Assembly (NCBI GenBank): GCA_964057225.1
Contig: OZ059896.1
Coordinates: 22,382,001-22,446,000 of the forward strand
DNA: 64,000 bases
Direction of reading: 5' to 3'
From: Auanema rhodensis
Taxonomy: Eukaryota; Animalia; Nematoda
The position numbers and the translations under genes were made by a program. Shown in pieces: positions 11,701-26,269 of this stretch. A model generated the notes under the pieces. The model did not search any database, had not been told where the DNA came from, and worked only from the letters and a program-made list of their open reading frames with translations. Position 1 is the first letter of the stretch. Each line of letters begins with the position of its first letter.

Positions 11701-14700
11701 AACTAATTTTTGTATTAAGCGTTTCTCAATGTAGTATAGTGCATTCGATGCGGATTTTTAAACTGCGTCGATCTCTGTTATCAGATTTGCGCTAGCTTAA
11801 AAATGCACCGAGATATCAACTGATATAAGTTCACACTTATATCCTCGATTTTCACCCTGAAGGAATAATTTTTTCGTTGAATAACATTGTCCATCGTCTT
11901 TGCCTTGAATAAAGGAATTTAAAAACATCTACTTTTTGCTAAATTATTTCGAAATTTTTCGAAAAAATTTTTGTCAAAATGTTTTTGGAAGCAATGTTGA
12001 GTGTACATGGAAACTCAACATACACTAATGCATCATTTTTCAAACGATCATAACTAATTTTTGTATTAAGCGTTTCTCAATGTAGTATAGTGCATTCGAT
12101 GCGGATTTTTAAGCTGCGTCGATCTGTGTTATCAGATTTGCGCTAGCTTAAAAATGCACCAAGATATCAACTGATATAAGTTCACACTTATATCCTCGAT
12201 TTTCACCCTAAAGAATTAATTTTTTCGTTGAATAACATTGTCCATCGTCTTTGCCTTGAATAAAGGAATCTAAAAACATCTACTTTTTGCTAAATTATTT
12301 CGAAATTTTTCGAAAAAATTTTTGTCAAAATGTTTTTGGAAGCAATGTTGAGTGTACATGGAAACTCAACATACACTAATGCATCATTTTTCAAACGATC
12401 ATAACTAATTTCTGTATTAAGCGTTTCTCAATGTAGTATAGTGCATTCAATGCGGATTTTTAAGCTGCGTCGATCTGTGTTATCAGATTTGCGCTCGCTT
12501 AAAAATGCACCGAGATATCAACTGATATAAGTTCACACTTATATCCTCGATTTTCACCCTGAAGAATTAATTTTTTCGTTGAATAACACTGTCCATCGTC
12601 TTTGCTTTGAAAAATGGAATCTAAAAACATCTACTTTTTGCTAAATTATTTTGAAATTTTTCGAAAAAATTTTTGTCAAAATGTTTTTGGAAGCAATGTT
12701 GAGTGTACATGGAAACTCAACATACACTAATGCATCATTTTTCAAACGATCATAACTAATTTCTGTATTAAGCGTTTCTCAATGTAGTATAGTGCATTCA
12801 ATGCGGATTTTTAAGCTGCGTCGATCTGTGTTATCAGATTTGCGCTCGCTTAAAAATGCACCGAGATATCAACTGATATAAGTTCACACTTATATCCTCG
12901 ATTTTCACCCTGAAGAATTAATTTTTTCGTTGAATAACACTGTCCATCGTCTTTGCCTTGAAAAATGGAATCTAAAAACATCTACTTTTTGCTAAATTAT
13001 TTTGAAATTTTTCGAAAAAATTTTTGTCAAAATGTTTTTGGAAGCAATGTTGAGTGTACATGGAAACTCAACATACACTAATGCATCATTTTTCAAACGA
13101 TCATAACTAATTTTTGTATTAAGCGTTTTTCAATGTAGTATAGTGCATTCGATGCGGATTTTTAAGCTGCGTCGATCTGTGTTATCAGATTTGCGCTAGC
13201 TTAAAAATGCACCAAGATATCAACTGATATAAGTTCACACTTATATCCTCGATTTTCACCCTAAAGAATTAATTTTTTCGTTGAATAACATTGTCCATCG
13301 TCTTTGCCTTGAATAAAGGAATTTAAAAACATCTACTTTCTGCTAAATTATTTCGAAATTTTTCGAAAAAATTTTTGTCAAAATGTTTTTGGAAGCAATG
13401 TTGAGTGTACATGGAAACTCAACATACACTAATGCATCATTTTTCAAACGATCATAACTAATTTTTGTATTAAGCGTTTCTCAATGTAGTATAGTGCATT
13501 CGATGCGGATTTTTAAGCTGCGTCGATCTGTGTTATCAGATTTGCGCTAGCTTAAAAATGCACCAAGATATCAACTGATATAAGTTCACACTTATATCCT
13601 CGATTTTCACCCTAAAGAATTAATTTTTTCGTTGAATAACATTGTCCATCGTCTTTGCCTTGAATGAAGGAATCTAAAAACATCTACTTTTTGCTAAATT
13701 ATTTCGAAATTTTTCGAAAAAATTTTTGTCAAAATGTTTTTGGAAGCAATGTTGAGTGTACATGGAAACTCAACATACACTAATGCATCATTTTTCAAAC
13801 GATCATAACTAATTTTTGTATTAAGCGTTTCTCAATGTAGTATAGTGCATTCGATGCGGATTTTTAAGCTGCGTCGATCTCTGTTATCAGATTTGCGCTA
13901 GCTTAAAAATGCACCGAGATATCAACTGATATAAGTTCACACTTATATCCTCGATTTTCACCCTGAAGGAATAATTTTTTCGTTGAATAACATTGTCCAT
14001 CGTCTTTGCCTTGAAAAAAGGAATCTAAAAACATCTACTTTTTGCTAAATTATTTTGAAATTTTTCGAAAAAATTTTTGTCAAAATGTTTTTGGAAGCAA
14101 TGTTGAGTGTACATGGAAACTCAACATACACTAATGCATCATTTTTCAAACGATCATAACTAATTTTTGTATTAAGCGTTTCTCAATGTAGTATAGTGCA
14201 TTCAATGCGGATTTTTAAGCTGCGTCGATCTGTGTTATCAGATTTGCGCTAGCTTAAAAATGCACCGAGATATCAACTGATATAAGTTCACACTTATATC
14301 CTCGATTTTCACCCTGAAGAATTAATTTTTTCGTTGAATAACACTGTCCATCGTCTTTGCCTTGAAAAATGGAATCTAAAAACATCTACTTTTTGCTAAA
14401 TTATTTTGAAATTTTTCGAAAAAATTTTTGTCAAAATGTTTTTGGAAGCAATGTTGAGTGTACATGGAAACTCAACATACACTAATGCATCATTTTTCAA
14501 ACGATCATAACTAATTTTTGTATTAAGCGTTTTTCAATGTAGTATAGTGCATTCGATGCGGATTTTTAAGCTGCGTCGATCTGTGTTATCAGATTTGCGC
14601 TAGCTTAAAAATGCACCAAGATATCAACTGATATAAGTTCACACTTATATCCTCGATTTTCACCCTAAAGAATTAATTTTTTCGTTGAATAACATTGTCC

Positions 14701-17700
14701 ATCGTCTTTGCCTTGAATAAAGGAATTTAAAAACATCTACTTTTTGCTAAATTATTTCGAAATTTTTCGAAAAAATTTTTGTCAAAATGTTTTTGGAAGC
14801 AATGTTGAGTGTACATGGAAACTCAACATACACTAATGCATCATTTTTCAAACGATCATAACTAATTTTTGTATTAAGCGTTTCTCAATGTAGTATAGTG
14901 CATTCGATGCGGATTTTTAAGCTGCGTCGATCTGTGTTATCAGATTTGCGCTAGCTTAAAAATGCACCAAGATATCAACTGATATAAGTTCACACTTATA
15001 TCCTCGATTTTCACCCTAAAGAATTAATTTTTTCGTTGAATAACATTGTCCATCGTCTTTGCCTTGAATAAAGGAATCTAAAAACATCTACTTTTTGCTA
15101 AATTATTTCGAAATTTTTCGAAAAAATTTTTGTCAAAATGTTTTTGGAAGCAATGTTGAGTGTACATGGAAACTCAACATACACTAATGCATCATTTTTC
15201 AAACGATCATAACTAATTTTTGTATTAAGCGTTTCTCAATGTAGTATAGTGCATTCGATGCGGATTTTTAAGCTGCGTCGATCTCTGTTATCAGATTTGC
15301 GCTAGCTTAAAAATGCACCGAGATATCAACTGATATAAGTTCACACTTATATCCTCGATTTTCACCCTGAAGGAATAATTTTTTCGTTGAATAACATTGT
15401 CCATCGTCTTTGCCTTGAAAAAAGGAATCTAAAAACATCTACTTTTTGCTAAATTATTTTGAAATTTTTCGAAAAAATTTTTGTCAAAATGTTTTTGGAA
15501 GCAATGTTGAGTGTACATGGAAACTCAACATACACTAATGCATCATTTTTCAAACGATCATAACTAATTTTTGTATTAAGCGTTTCTCAATGTAGTATAG
15601 TGCATTCAATGCGGATTTTTAAGCTGCGTCGATCTGTGTTATCAGATTTGCGCTAGCTTAAAAATGCACCGAGATATCAACTGATATAAGTTCACACTTA
15701 TATCCTCGATTTTCACCCTGAAGAATTAATTTTTTCGTTGAATAACACTGTCCATCGTCTTTGCCTTGAAAAATGGAATCTAAAAACATCTACTTTTTGC
15801 TAAATTATTTTGAAATTTTTCGAAAAAATTTTTGTCAAAATGTTTTTGGAAGCAATGTTGAGTGTACATGGAAACTCAACATACACTAATGCATCATTTT
15901 TCAAACGATCATAACTAATTTTTGTATTAAGCGTTTTTCAATGTAGTATAGTGCATTCGATGCGGATTTTTAAGCTGCGTCGATCTGTGTTATCAGATTT
16001 GCGCTAGCTTAAAAATGCACCAAGATATCAACTGATATAAGTTCACACTTATATCCTCGATTTTCACCCTAAAGAATTAATTTTTTCGTTGAATAACATT
16101 GTCCATCGTCTTTGCCTTGAATAAAGGAATTTAAAAACATCTACTTTTTGCTAAATTATTTCGAAATTTTTGGAAAAAATTTTTGTCAAAATGTTTTTGG
16201 AAGCAATGTTGAGTGTACATGGAAACTCAACATACACTAATGCATCATTTTTCAAACGATCATAACTAATTTTTGTATTAAGCGTTTCTCAATGTAGTAT
16301 AGTGCATTCGATGCGGATTTTTAAGCTGCGTCGATCTGTGTTATCAGATTTGCGCTAGCTTAAAAATGCACCGAGATATCAACTGATATAAGTTCACACT
16401 TATATCCTCGATTTACACCCTGAAGAATTAATTTTTTCGTTGAATAACATTGTCCATCGTCTTTGCCTTGAATAAAGGAATCTAAAAACATCTACTTTTT
16501 GCTGAATTATTTCGAAATTTTTCGAAAAAATTTTTGTCAAAATGTTTTTGGAAGCAATGTTGAGTGTACATGGAAACTCAACATACACTAATGCATCATT
16601 TTTCAAACGATCATAACTAATTTTTGTATTAAGCGTTTCTCAATGTAGTATAGTGCATTCAATGCGGATTTTTAAGCTGCGTCGATCTGTGTTATCAGAT
16701 TTGCGCTAGCTTAAAAATGCACCGAGATATCAACTGATATAAGTTCACACTTATATCCTCGATTTTCACCCTGAAGAATTAATTTTTTCGTTGAATAACA
16801 CTGTCCATCGTCTTTGCCTTGAAAAATGGAATCTAAAAACATCTACTTTTTGCTAAATTATTTTGAAATTTTTCGAAAAAATTTTTGTCAAAATGTTTTT
16901 GGAAGCAATGTTGAGTGTACATGGAAACTCAACATACACTAATGCATCATTTTTCAAACGATCATAACTAATTTTTGTATTAAGCGTTTTTCAATGTAGT
17001 ATAGTGCATTCGATGCGGATTTTTAAGCTGCGTCGATCTGTGTTATCAGATTTGCGCTAGCTTAAAAATGCACCAAGATATCAACTGATATAAGTTCACA
17101 CTTATATCCTCGATTTTCACCCTAAAGAATTAATTTTTTCGTTGAATAACATTGTCCATCGTCTTTGCCTTGAATAAAGGAATTTAAAAACATCTACTTT
17201 TTGCTAAATTATTTCGAAATTTTTCGAAAAAATTTTTGTCAAAATGTTTTTGGAAGCAATGTTGAGTGTACATGGAAACTCAACATACACTAATGCATCA
17301 TTTTTCAAACGATCATAACTAATTTTTGTATTAAGCGTTTCTCAATGTAGTATAGTGCATTCGATGCGGATTTTTAAGCTGCGTCGATCTGTGTTATCAG
17401 ATTTGCGCTAGCTTAAAAATGCACCAAGATATCAACTGATATAAGTTCACACTTATATCCTCGATTTTCACCCTAAAGAATTAATTTTTTCGTTGAATAA
17501 CATTGTCCATCGTCTTTGCCTTGAATAAAGGAATCTAAAAACATCTACTTTTTGCTAAATTATTTCGAAATTTTTCGAAAAAATTTTTGTCAAAATGTTT
17601 TTGGAAGCAATGTTGAGTGTACATGGAAACTCAACATACACTAATGCATCATTTTTCAAACGATCATAACTAATTTTTGTATTAAGCGTTTCTCAATGTA

Positions 17701-19499
17701 GTATAGTGCATTCAATGCGGATTTTTAAGCTGCGTCGATCTGTGTTATCAGATTTGCGCTAGCTTAAAAATGCACCGAGATTTCAACTGATATAAGTTCA
17801 CACTTACATCCTCGATTTTCACCCTGAAGAATTAATTTTTTCGTTGAATAACACTGTCCATCGTCTTTGCCTTGAAAAATGGAATCTAAAAACATCTACT
17901 TTTTGCTAAATTATTTTGAAATTTTTCGAAAAAATTTTTGTCAAAATGTTTTTGGAAGCAATGTTGAGTGTACATGGAAACTCAACATACACTAATGCAT
18001 CATTTTTCAAACGATCATAACTAATTTTTGTATTAAGCGTTTTTCAATGTAGTATAGTGCATTCGATGCGGATTTTTAAGCTGCGTCGATCTGTGTTATC
18101 AGATTTGCGCTAGCTTAAAAATGCAACAAGATATCAACTGATATAAGTTCACACTTATATCCTCGATTTTCACCCTGAAGAATTAATTTTTTCGTTGAAT
18201 AACACTGTCCATCGTCTTTGCCTTGAAAAATGGAATCTAAAAACATCTACTTTTTGCTAAATTATTTTGAAATTTTTCGAAAAAATTTTTGTCAAAATGT
18301 TTTTGGAAGCAATGTTGAGTGTACATGGAAACTCAACATACACTAATGCATCATTTTTCAAACGATCATAACTAATTTTTGTATTAAGCGTTTCTCAATG
18401 TAGTATAGTGCATTCGATGCGGATTTTTAAGCTGCGTCGATCTGTGTTATCAGATTTGCGCTAGCTTAAAAATGCACCGAGATATCAACTGATATAAGTT
18501 CACACTTATATCCTCGATTTTCACCCTGAAGAATTAATTTTTTCGTTGAATAACATTGTCCATCGTCTTTGCCTTGAATGAAGGAATCTAAAAACATCTA
18601 CTTTTTGCTAAATTATTTTGAAATTTTTCGAAAAAATTTTTGTCAAAATGTTTTTGGAAGCAATGTTGAGTGTACATGGAAACTCAACATACACTAATGC
18701 ATCATTTTTCAAACGATCATAACTAATTTTTGTATTAAGCGTTTCTCAATGTAGTATAGTGCATTCAATGCGGATTTTTAAGCTGCGTCGATCTGTGTTA
18801 TCAGATTTGCCCTAGCTTAAAAATGCACCGAGATATCAACTGATATAAGTTCACACTTATATCCTCGATTTTCACCCTGAAGAATTAATTTTTTCGTTGA
18901 ATAACACTGTCCATCGTCTTAGCCTTGAAAAATGGAATCTAAAAACATCTACTCTTTGCTAAATTATTTTGAAATTTTTCGAAAAAATTTTTGTCAAAAT
19001 GTTTTTGGAAGCAATGTTGAGTGTACATGGAAACTCAACATACACTAATGCATCATTTTTCAAACGATCATAACTAATTTTTGTATTAAGCGTTTTTCAA
19101 TGTAGTATAGTGCATTCGATGCGGATTTTTAAGCTGCGTCGATCTGTGTTATCAGATTTGCGCTAGCTTAAAAATGCACCAAGATATCAACTGATATAAG
19201 TTCACACTTATATCCTCGATTTTCACCCTAAAGAATTAATTTTTTCGTTGAATAACATTGTCCATCGTCTTTGCCTTGAATAAAGGAATTTAAAAACATC
19301 TACTTTTTGCTAAATTATTTCGAAATTTTTCGAAAAAATTTTTGTCAAAATGTTTTTGGAAGCAATGTTGAGTGTACATGGAAACTCAACATACACTAAT
19401 GCATCATTTTTCAAACGATCATAACTAATTTTTGTATTAAGCGTTTCTCAATGTAGTATAGTGCATTCGATGCGGATTTTTAAGCTGCGTCGATCTGTG

Positions 19500-22400
19500 T
19501 TATCAGATTTGCGCTAGCTTAAAAATGCACCGAGATATCAACTGATATAAGTTCACACTTATATCCTCGATTTTCACCCTGAAGGAATAATTTTTTCGTT
19601 GAATAACATTGTCCATCGTCTTTGCCTTGAAAAAAGGAATCTAAAAACATCTACTTTCTGCTAAATTATTTTGAAATTTTTCGAAAAAATTTTTGTCAAA
19701 ATGTTTTTGGAAGCAATGTTGAGTGTACATGGAAACTCAACATACACTAATGCATCATTTTTCAAACGATCATAACTAATTTTTGTATTAAGCGTTTTTC
19801 AATGTAGTATAGTGCATTCGATGCGGATTTTTAAGCTGCGTCGATCTGTGTTATCAGATTTGCGCTAGCTTAAAAATGCACCAAGATATCAACTGATATA
19901 AGTTCACACTTATATCCTCGATTTTCACCCTAAAGAATTAATTTTTTCGTTGAATAACATTGTCCATCGTCTTTGCCTTGAATAAAGGAATTTAAAAACA
20001 TCTACTTTTTGCTAAATTATTTCGAAATTTTTCGAAAAAATTTTTGTCAAAATGTTTTTGGAAGCAATGTTGAGTGTACATGGAAACTCAACATACACTA
20101 ATGCATCATTTTTCAAACGATCATAACTAATTTTTGTATTAAGCGTTTCTCAATGTAGTATAGTGCATTCGATGCGGATTTTTAAGCTGCGTCGATCTGT
20201 GTTATCAGATTTGCGCTAGCTTAAAAATGCACCAAGATATCAACTGATATAAGTTCACACTTATATCCTCGATTTTCACCCTAAAGAATTAATTTTTTCG
20301 TTGAATAACATTGTCCATCGTCTTTGCCTTGAATGAAGGAATCTAAAAACATCTACTTTTTGCTAAATTATTTCGAAATTTTTCGAAAAAATTTTTGTCA
20401 AAATGTTTTTGGAAGCAATGTTGAGTGTACATGGAAACTCAACATACACTAATGCATCATTTTTCAAACGATCATAACTAATTTTTGTATTAAGCGTTTC
20501 TCAATGTAGTATAGTGCATTCGATGCGGATTTTTAAGCTGCGTCGATCTGTGTTATCAGATTTGCGCTAGCTTAAAAATGCACCAAGATATCAACTGATA
20601 TAAGTTCACACTTATATCCTCGATTTTCACCCTAAAGAATTAATTTTTTCGTTGAATAACATTGTCCATCGTCTTTGCCTTGAATGAAGGAATCTAAAAA
20701 CATCTACTTTTTGCTAAATTATTTCGAAATTTTTCGAAAAAATTTTTGTCAAAATGTTTTTGGAAGCAATGTTGAGTGTACATGGAAACTCAACATACAC
20801 TAATGCATCATTTTTCAAACGATCATAACTAATTTTTGTATTAAGCGTTTCTCAATGTAGTATAGTGCATTCGATGCGGATTTTTAAGCTGCGTCGATCT
20901 GTGTTATCAGATTTGCGCTAGCTTAAAAATGCACCGAGATATCAACTGATATAAGTTCACACTTATATCCTCGATTTTCACCCTGAAGGAATAATTTTTT
21001 CGTTGAATAACATTGTCCATCGTCTTTGCCTTGAAAAAAGGAATCTAAAAACATCTACTTTCTGCTAAATTATTTTGAAATTTTTCGAAAAAATTTTTGT
21101 CAAAATGTTTTTGGAAGCAATGTTGAGTGTACATGGAAACTCAACATACACTAATGCATCATTTTTCAAACGATCATAACTAATTTTTGTATTAAGCGTT
21201 TTTCAATGTAGTATAGTGCATTCGATGCGGATTTTTAAGCTGCGTCGATCTGTGTTATCAGATTTGCGCTAGCTTAAAAATGCACCAAGATATCAACTGA
21301 TATAAGTTCACACTTATATCCTCGATTTTCACCCTAAAGAATTAATTTTTTCGTTGAATAACATTGTCCATCGTCTTTGCCTTGAATAAAGGAATTTAAA
21401 AACATCTACTTTTTGCTAAATTATTTCGAAATTTTTCGAAAAAATTTTTGTCAAAATGTTTTTGGAAGCAATGTTGAGTGTACATGGAAACTCAACATAC
21501 ACTAATGCATCATTTTTCAAACGATCATAACTAATTTTTGTATTAAGCGTTTCTCAATGTAGTATAGTGCATTCGATGCGGATTTTTAAGCTGCGTCGAT
21601 CTGTGTTATCAGATTTGCGCTAGCTTAAAAATGCACCAAGATATCAACTGATATAAGTTCACACTTATATCCTCGATTTTCACCCTAAAGAATTAATTTT
21701 TTCGTTGAATAACATTGTCCATCGTCTTTGCCTTGAATGAAGGAATCTAAAAACATCTACTTTTTGCTAAATTATTTCGAAATTTTTCGAAAAAATTTTT
21801 GTCAAAATGTTTTTGGAAGCAATGTTGAGTGTACATGGAAACTCAACATACACTAATGCATCATTTTTCAAACGATCATAACTAATTTTTGTATTAAGCG
21901 TTTTTCAATGTAGTATAGTGCATTCGATGCGGATTTTTAAGCTGCGTCGATCTGTGTTATCAGATTTGCGCTAGCTTAAAAATGCACCAAGATATCAACT
22001 GATATAAGTTCACACTTATATCCTCGATTTTCACCCTAAAGAATTAATTTTTTCGTTGAATAACATTGTCCATCGTCTTTGCCTTGAATAAAGGAATTTA
22101 AAAACATCTACTTTTTGCTAAATTATTTCGAAATTTTTCGAAAAAATTTTTGTCAAAATGTTTTTGGAAGCAATGTTGAGTGTACATGGAAACTCAACAT
22201 ACACTAATGCATCATTTTTCAAACGATCATAACTAATTTTTGTATTAAGCGTTTCTCAATGTAGTATAGTGCATTCGATGCGGATTTTTAAGCTGCGTCG
22301 ATCTGTGTTATCAGATTTGCGCTAGCTTAAAAATGCACCAAGATATCAACTGATATAAGTTCACACTTATATCCTCGATTTTCACCCTGAAGGAATAATT

Positions 22401-22800
22401 TTTTCGTTGAATAACATTGTCCATCGTCTTTGCCTTGAAAAAAGGAATCTAAAAACATCTACTTTCTGCTAAATTATTTTGAAATTTTTCGAAAAAATTT
22501 TTGTCAAAATGTTTTTGGAAGCAATGTTGAGTGTACATGGAAACTCAACATACACTAATGCATCATTTTTCAAACGATCATAACTAATTTTTGTATTAAG
22601 CGTTTTTCAATGTAGTATAGTGCATTCGATGCGGATTTTCAAGCTGCGTCGATCTGTGTTATCAGATTTGCGCTAGCTTAAAAATGCACCAAGATATCAA
22701 CTGATATAAGTTCACACTTATATCCTCGATTTTCACCCTAAAGAATTAATTTTTTCGTTGAATAACATTGTCCATCGTCTTTGCCTTGAATAAAGGAATC
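19500..22800 (+). repeat. Local 4-mer periodicity (1404 bp), three marker copies
   Basis: CTTTCTGCT, linked to GAAGGAATAAT, occurs at 19658, 21062 and 22466. Boundaries are approximate. Confidence 0.8.
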
Positions 22801-25800
22801 TAAAAACATCTACTTTTTGCTAAATTATTTCGAAATTTTTCGAAAAAATTTTTGTCAAAATGTTTTTGGAAGCAATGTTGAGTGTACATGGAAACTCAAC
22901 ATACACTAATGCATCATTTTTCAAACGATCATAACTAATTTTTGTATTAAGCGTTTCTCAATGTAGTATAGTGCATTCAATGCGGATTTTTAAGCTGCGT
23001 CGATCTGTGTTATCAGATTTGCGCTAGCTTAAAAATGCACCGAGATATCAACTGATATAAGTTCACACTTATATCCTCGATTTTCACCCTGAAGAATTAA
23101 TTTTTTCGTTGAATAACACTGTCCATCGTCTTTGCCTTGAAAAATGGAATCTAAAAACATCTACTTTTTGCTAAATTATTTTGAAATTTTTCGAAAAAAT
23201 TTTTGTCAAAATGTTTTTGGAAGCAATGTTGAGTGTACATGGAAACTCAACATACACTAATGCATCATTTTTCAAACGATCATAACTAATTTTTGTATTA
23301 AGCGTTTTTCAATGTAGTATAGTGCATTCGATGCGGATTTTTAAGCTGCGTCGATCTGTGTTATCAGATTTGCGCTAGCTTAAAAATGCACCAAGATATC
23401 AACTGATATAAGTTCACACTTATATCCTCGATTTTCACCCTAAAGAATTAATTTTTTCGTTGAATAACATTGTCCATCGTCTTTGCCTTGAATAAAGGAA
23501 TTTAAAAACATCTACTTTTTGCTAAATTATTTCGAAATTTTTCGAAAAAATTTTTGTCAAAATGTTTTTGGAAGCAATGTTGAGTGTACATGGAAACTCA
23601 ACATACACTAATGCATCATTTTTCAAACGATCATAACTAATTTTTGTATTAAGCGTTTCTCAATGTAGTATAGTGCATTCGATGCGGATTTTTAAGCTGC
23701 GTCGATCTGTGTTATCAGATTTGCGCTAGCTTAAAAATGCACCAAGATATCAACTGATATAAGTTCACACTTATATCCTCGATTTTCACCCTAAAGAATT
23801 AATTTTTTCGTTGAATAACATTGTCCATCGTCTTTGCCTTGAATGAAGGAATCTAAAAACATCTACTTTTTGCTAAATTATTTCGAAATTTTTCGAAAAA
23901 ATTTTTGTCAAAATGTTTTTGGAAGCAATGTTGAGTGTACATGGAAACTCAACATACACTAATGCATCATTTTTCAAACGATCATAACTAATTTTTGTAT
24001 TAAGCGTTTCTCAATGTAGTATAGTGCATTCAATGCGGATTTTTAAGCTGCGTCGATCTGTGTTATCAGATTTGCGCTAGCTTAAAAATGCACCGAGATA
24101 TCAACTGATTTAAGTTCACACTTATATCCTCGATTTTCACCCTGAAGAATTAATTTTTTCGTTGAATAACACTGTCCATCGTCTTTGCCTTGAAAAATGG
24201 AATCTAAAAACATCTACTTTTTGCTAAATTATTTTGAAATTTTTCGAAAAAATTTTTGTCAAAATGTTTTTGGAAGCAATGTTGAGTGTACATGGAAACT
24301 CAACATACACTAATGCATCATTTTTCAAACGATCATAACTAATTTTTGTATTAAGCGTTTTTCAATGTAGTATAGTGCATTCGATGCGGATTATTAAGCT
24401 GCGTCGATCTGTGTTATCAGATTTGCGCTAGCTTAAAAATGCACCAAGATATCAACTGATATAAGTTCACACTTATATCCTCGATTTTCACCCTAAAGAA
24501 TTAATTTTTTCGTTGAATAACATTGTCCATCGTCTTTGCCTTGAATAAAGGAATTTAAAAACATCTACTTTTTGCTAAATTATTTCGAAATTTTTCGAAA
24601 AAATTTTTGTCAAAATGTTTTTGGAAGCAATGTTGAGTGTACATGGAAACTCAACATACACTAATGCATCATTTTTCAAACGATCATAACTAATTTTTGT
24701 ATTAAGCGTTTCTCAATGTAGTATAGTGCATTCGATGCGGATTTTTAAGCTGCGTCGATCTGTGTTATCAGATTTGCGCTAGCTTAAAAATGCACCAAGA
24801 TATCAACTGATATAAGTTCACACTTATATCCTCGATTTTCACCCTAAAGAATTAATTTTTTCGTTGAATAACATTGTCCATCGTCTTTGCCTTGAATGAA
24901 GGAATCTAAAAACATCTACTTTTTGCTAAATTATTTCGAAATTTTTCGAAAAAATTTTTGTCAAAATGTTTTTGGAAGCAATGTTGAGTGTACATGGAAA
25001 CTCAACATACACTAATGCATCATTTTTCAAACGATCATAACTAATTTTTGTATTAAGCGTTTCTCAATGTAGTATAGTGCATTCAATGCGGATTTTTAAG
25101 CTGCGTCGATCTGTGTTATCAGATTTGCGCTAGCTTAAAAATGCACCGAGATATCAACTGATATAAGTTCACACTTATATCCTCGATTTTCACCCTGAAG
25201 AATTAATTTTTTCGTTGAATAACACTGTCCATCGTCTTTGCCTTGAAAAATGGAATCTAAAAACATCTACTTTTTGCTAAATTATTTTGAAATTTTTCGA
25301 AAAAATTTTTGTCAAAATGTTTTTGGAAGCAATGTTGAGTGTACATGGAAACTCAACATACACTAATGCATCATTTTTCAAACGATCATAACTAATTTTT
25401 GTATTAAGCGTTTTTCAATGTAGTATAGTGCATTCGATGCGGATTTTTAAGCTGCGTCGATCTGTGTTATCAGATTTGCGCTAGCTTAAAAATGCAACAA
25501 GATATCAACTGATATAAGTTCACACTTATATCCTCGATTTTCACCCTAAAGAATTAATTTTTTCGTTGAATAACATTGTCCATCGTCTTTGCCTTGAATA
25601 AAGGAATTTAAAAACATCTACTTTTTGCTAAATTATTTCGAAATTTTTCGAAAAAATTTTTGTCAAAATGTTTTTGGAAGCAATGTTGAGTGTACATGGA
25701 AACTCAACATACACTAATGCATCATTTTTCAAACGATCACAACTAATTTTTGTATTAAGCGTTTCTCAATGTAGTATAGTGCATTCAATGCGGATTTTTA

Positions 25801-26269
25801 AGCTGCGTCGATCTGTGTTATCAGATTTGTGCTAGCTTAAAAATGCACCGAGATATCAACTGATATAAGTTCACACTTATATCCTCGATTTTCACCCTGA
25901 AGAATTAATTTTTTCGTTGAATAACACTGTCCATCGTCTTTGCCTTGAAAAATGGAATCTAAAAACATCTACTTTTTGCTAAATTATTTTGAAATTTTTG
26001 GAAAAAATTTTTGTCAAAATGTTTTTGGAAGCAATGTTGAGTGTACATGGAAACTCAACATACACTAATGCATCATTTTTCAAACGATCATAACTAATTT
26101 TTGTATTAAGCGTTTCTCAATGTAGTATAGTGCATTCAATGCGGATTTTTAAGCTGCGTCGATCTGTGTTATCAGATTTGCGCTAGCTTAAAAATGCACC
26201 GAGATATCAACTGATTTAAGTTCACACTTATATCCTCGATTTTCACCCTGAAGAATTAATTTTTTCGTT

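Noticed and set aside
16400-16606. 68-aa ORF on the - strand
   Set aside because: A private A>G at ~16504 (GCTAAA>GCTGAA) removes a TAG stop in one monomer only; the ORF is fortuitous.
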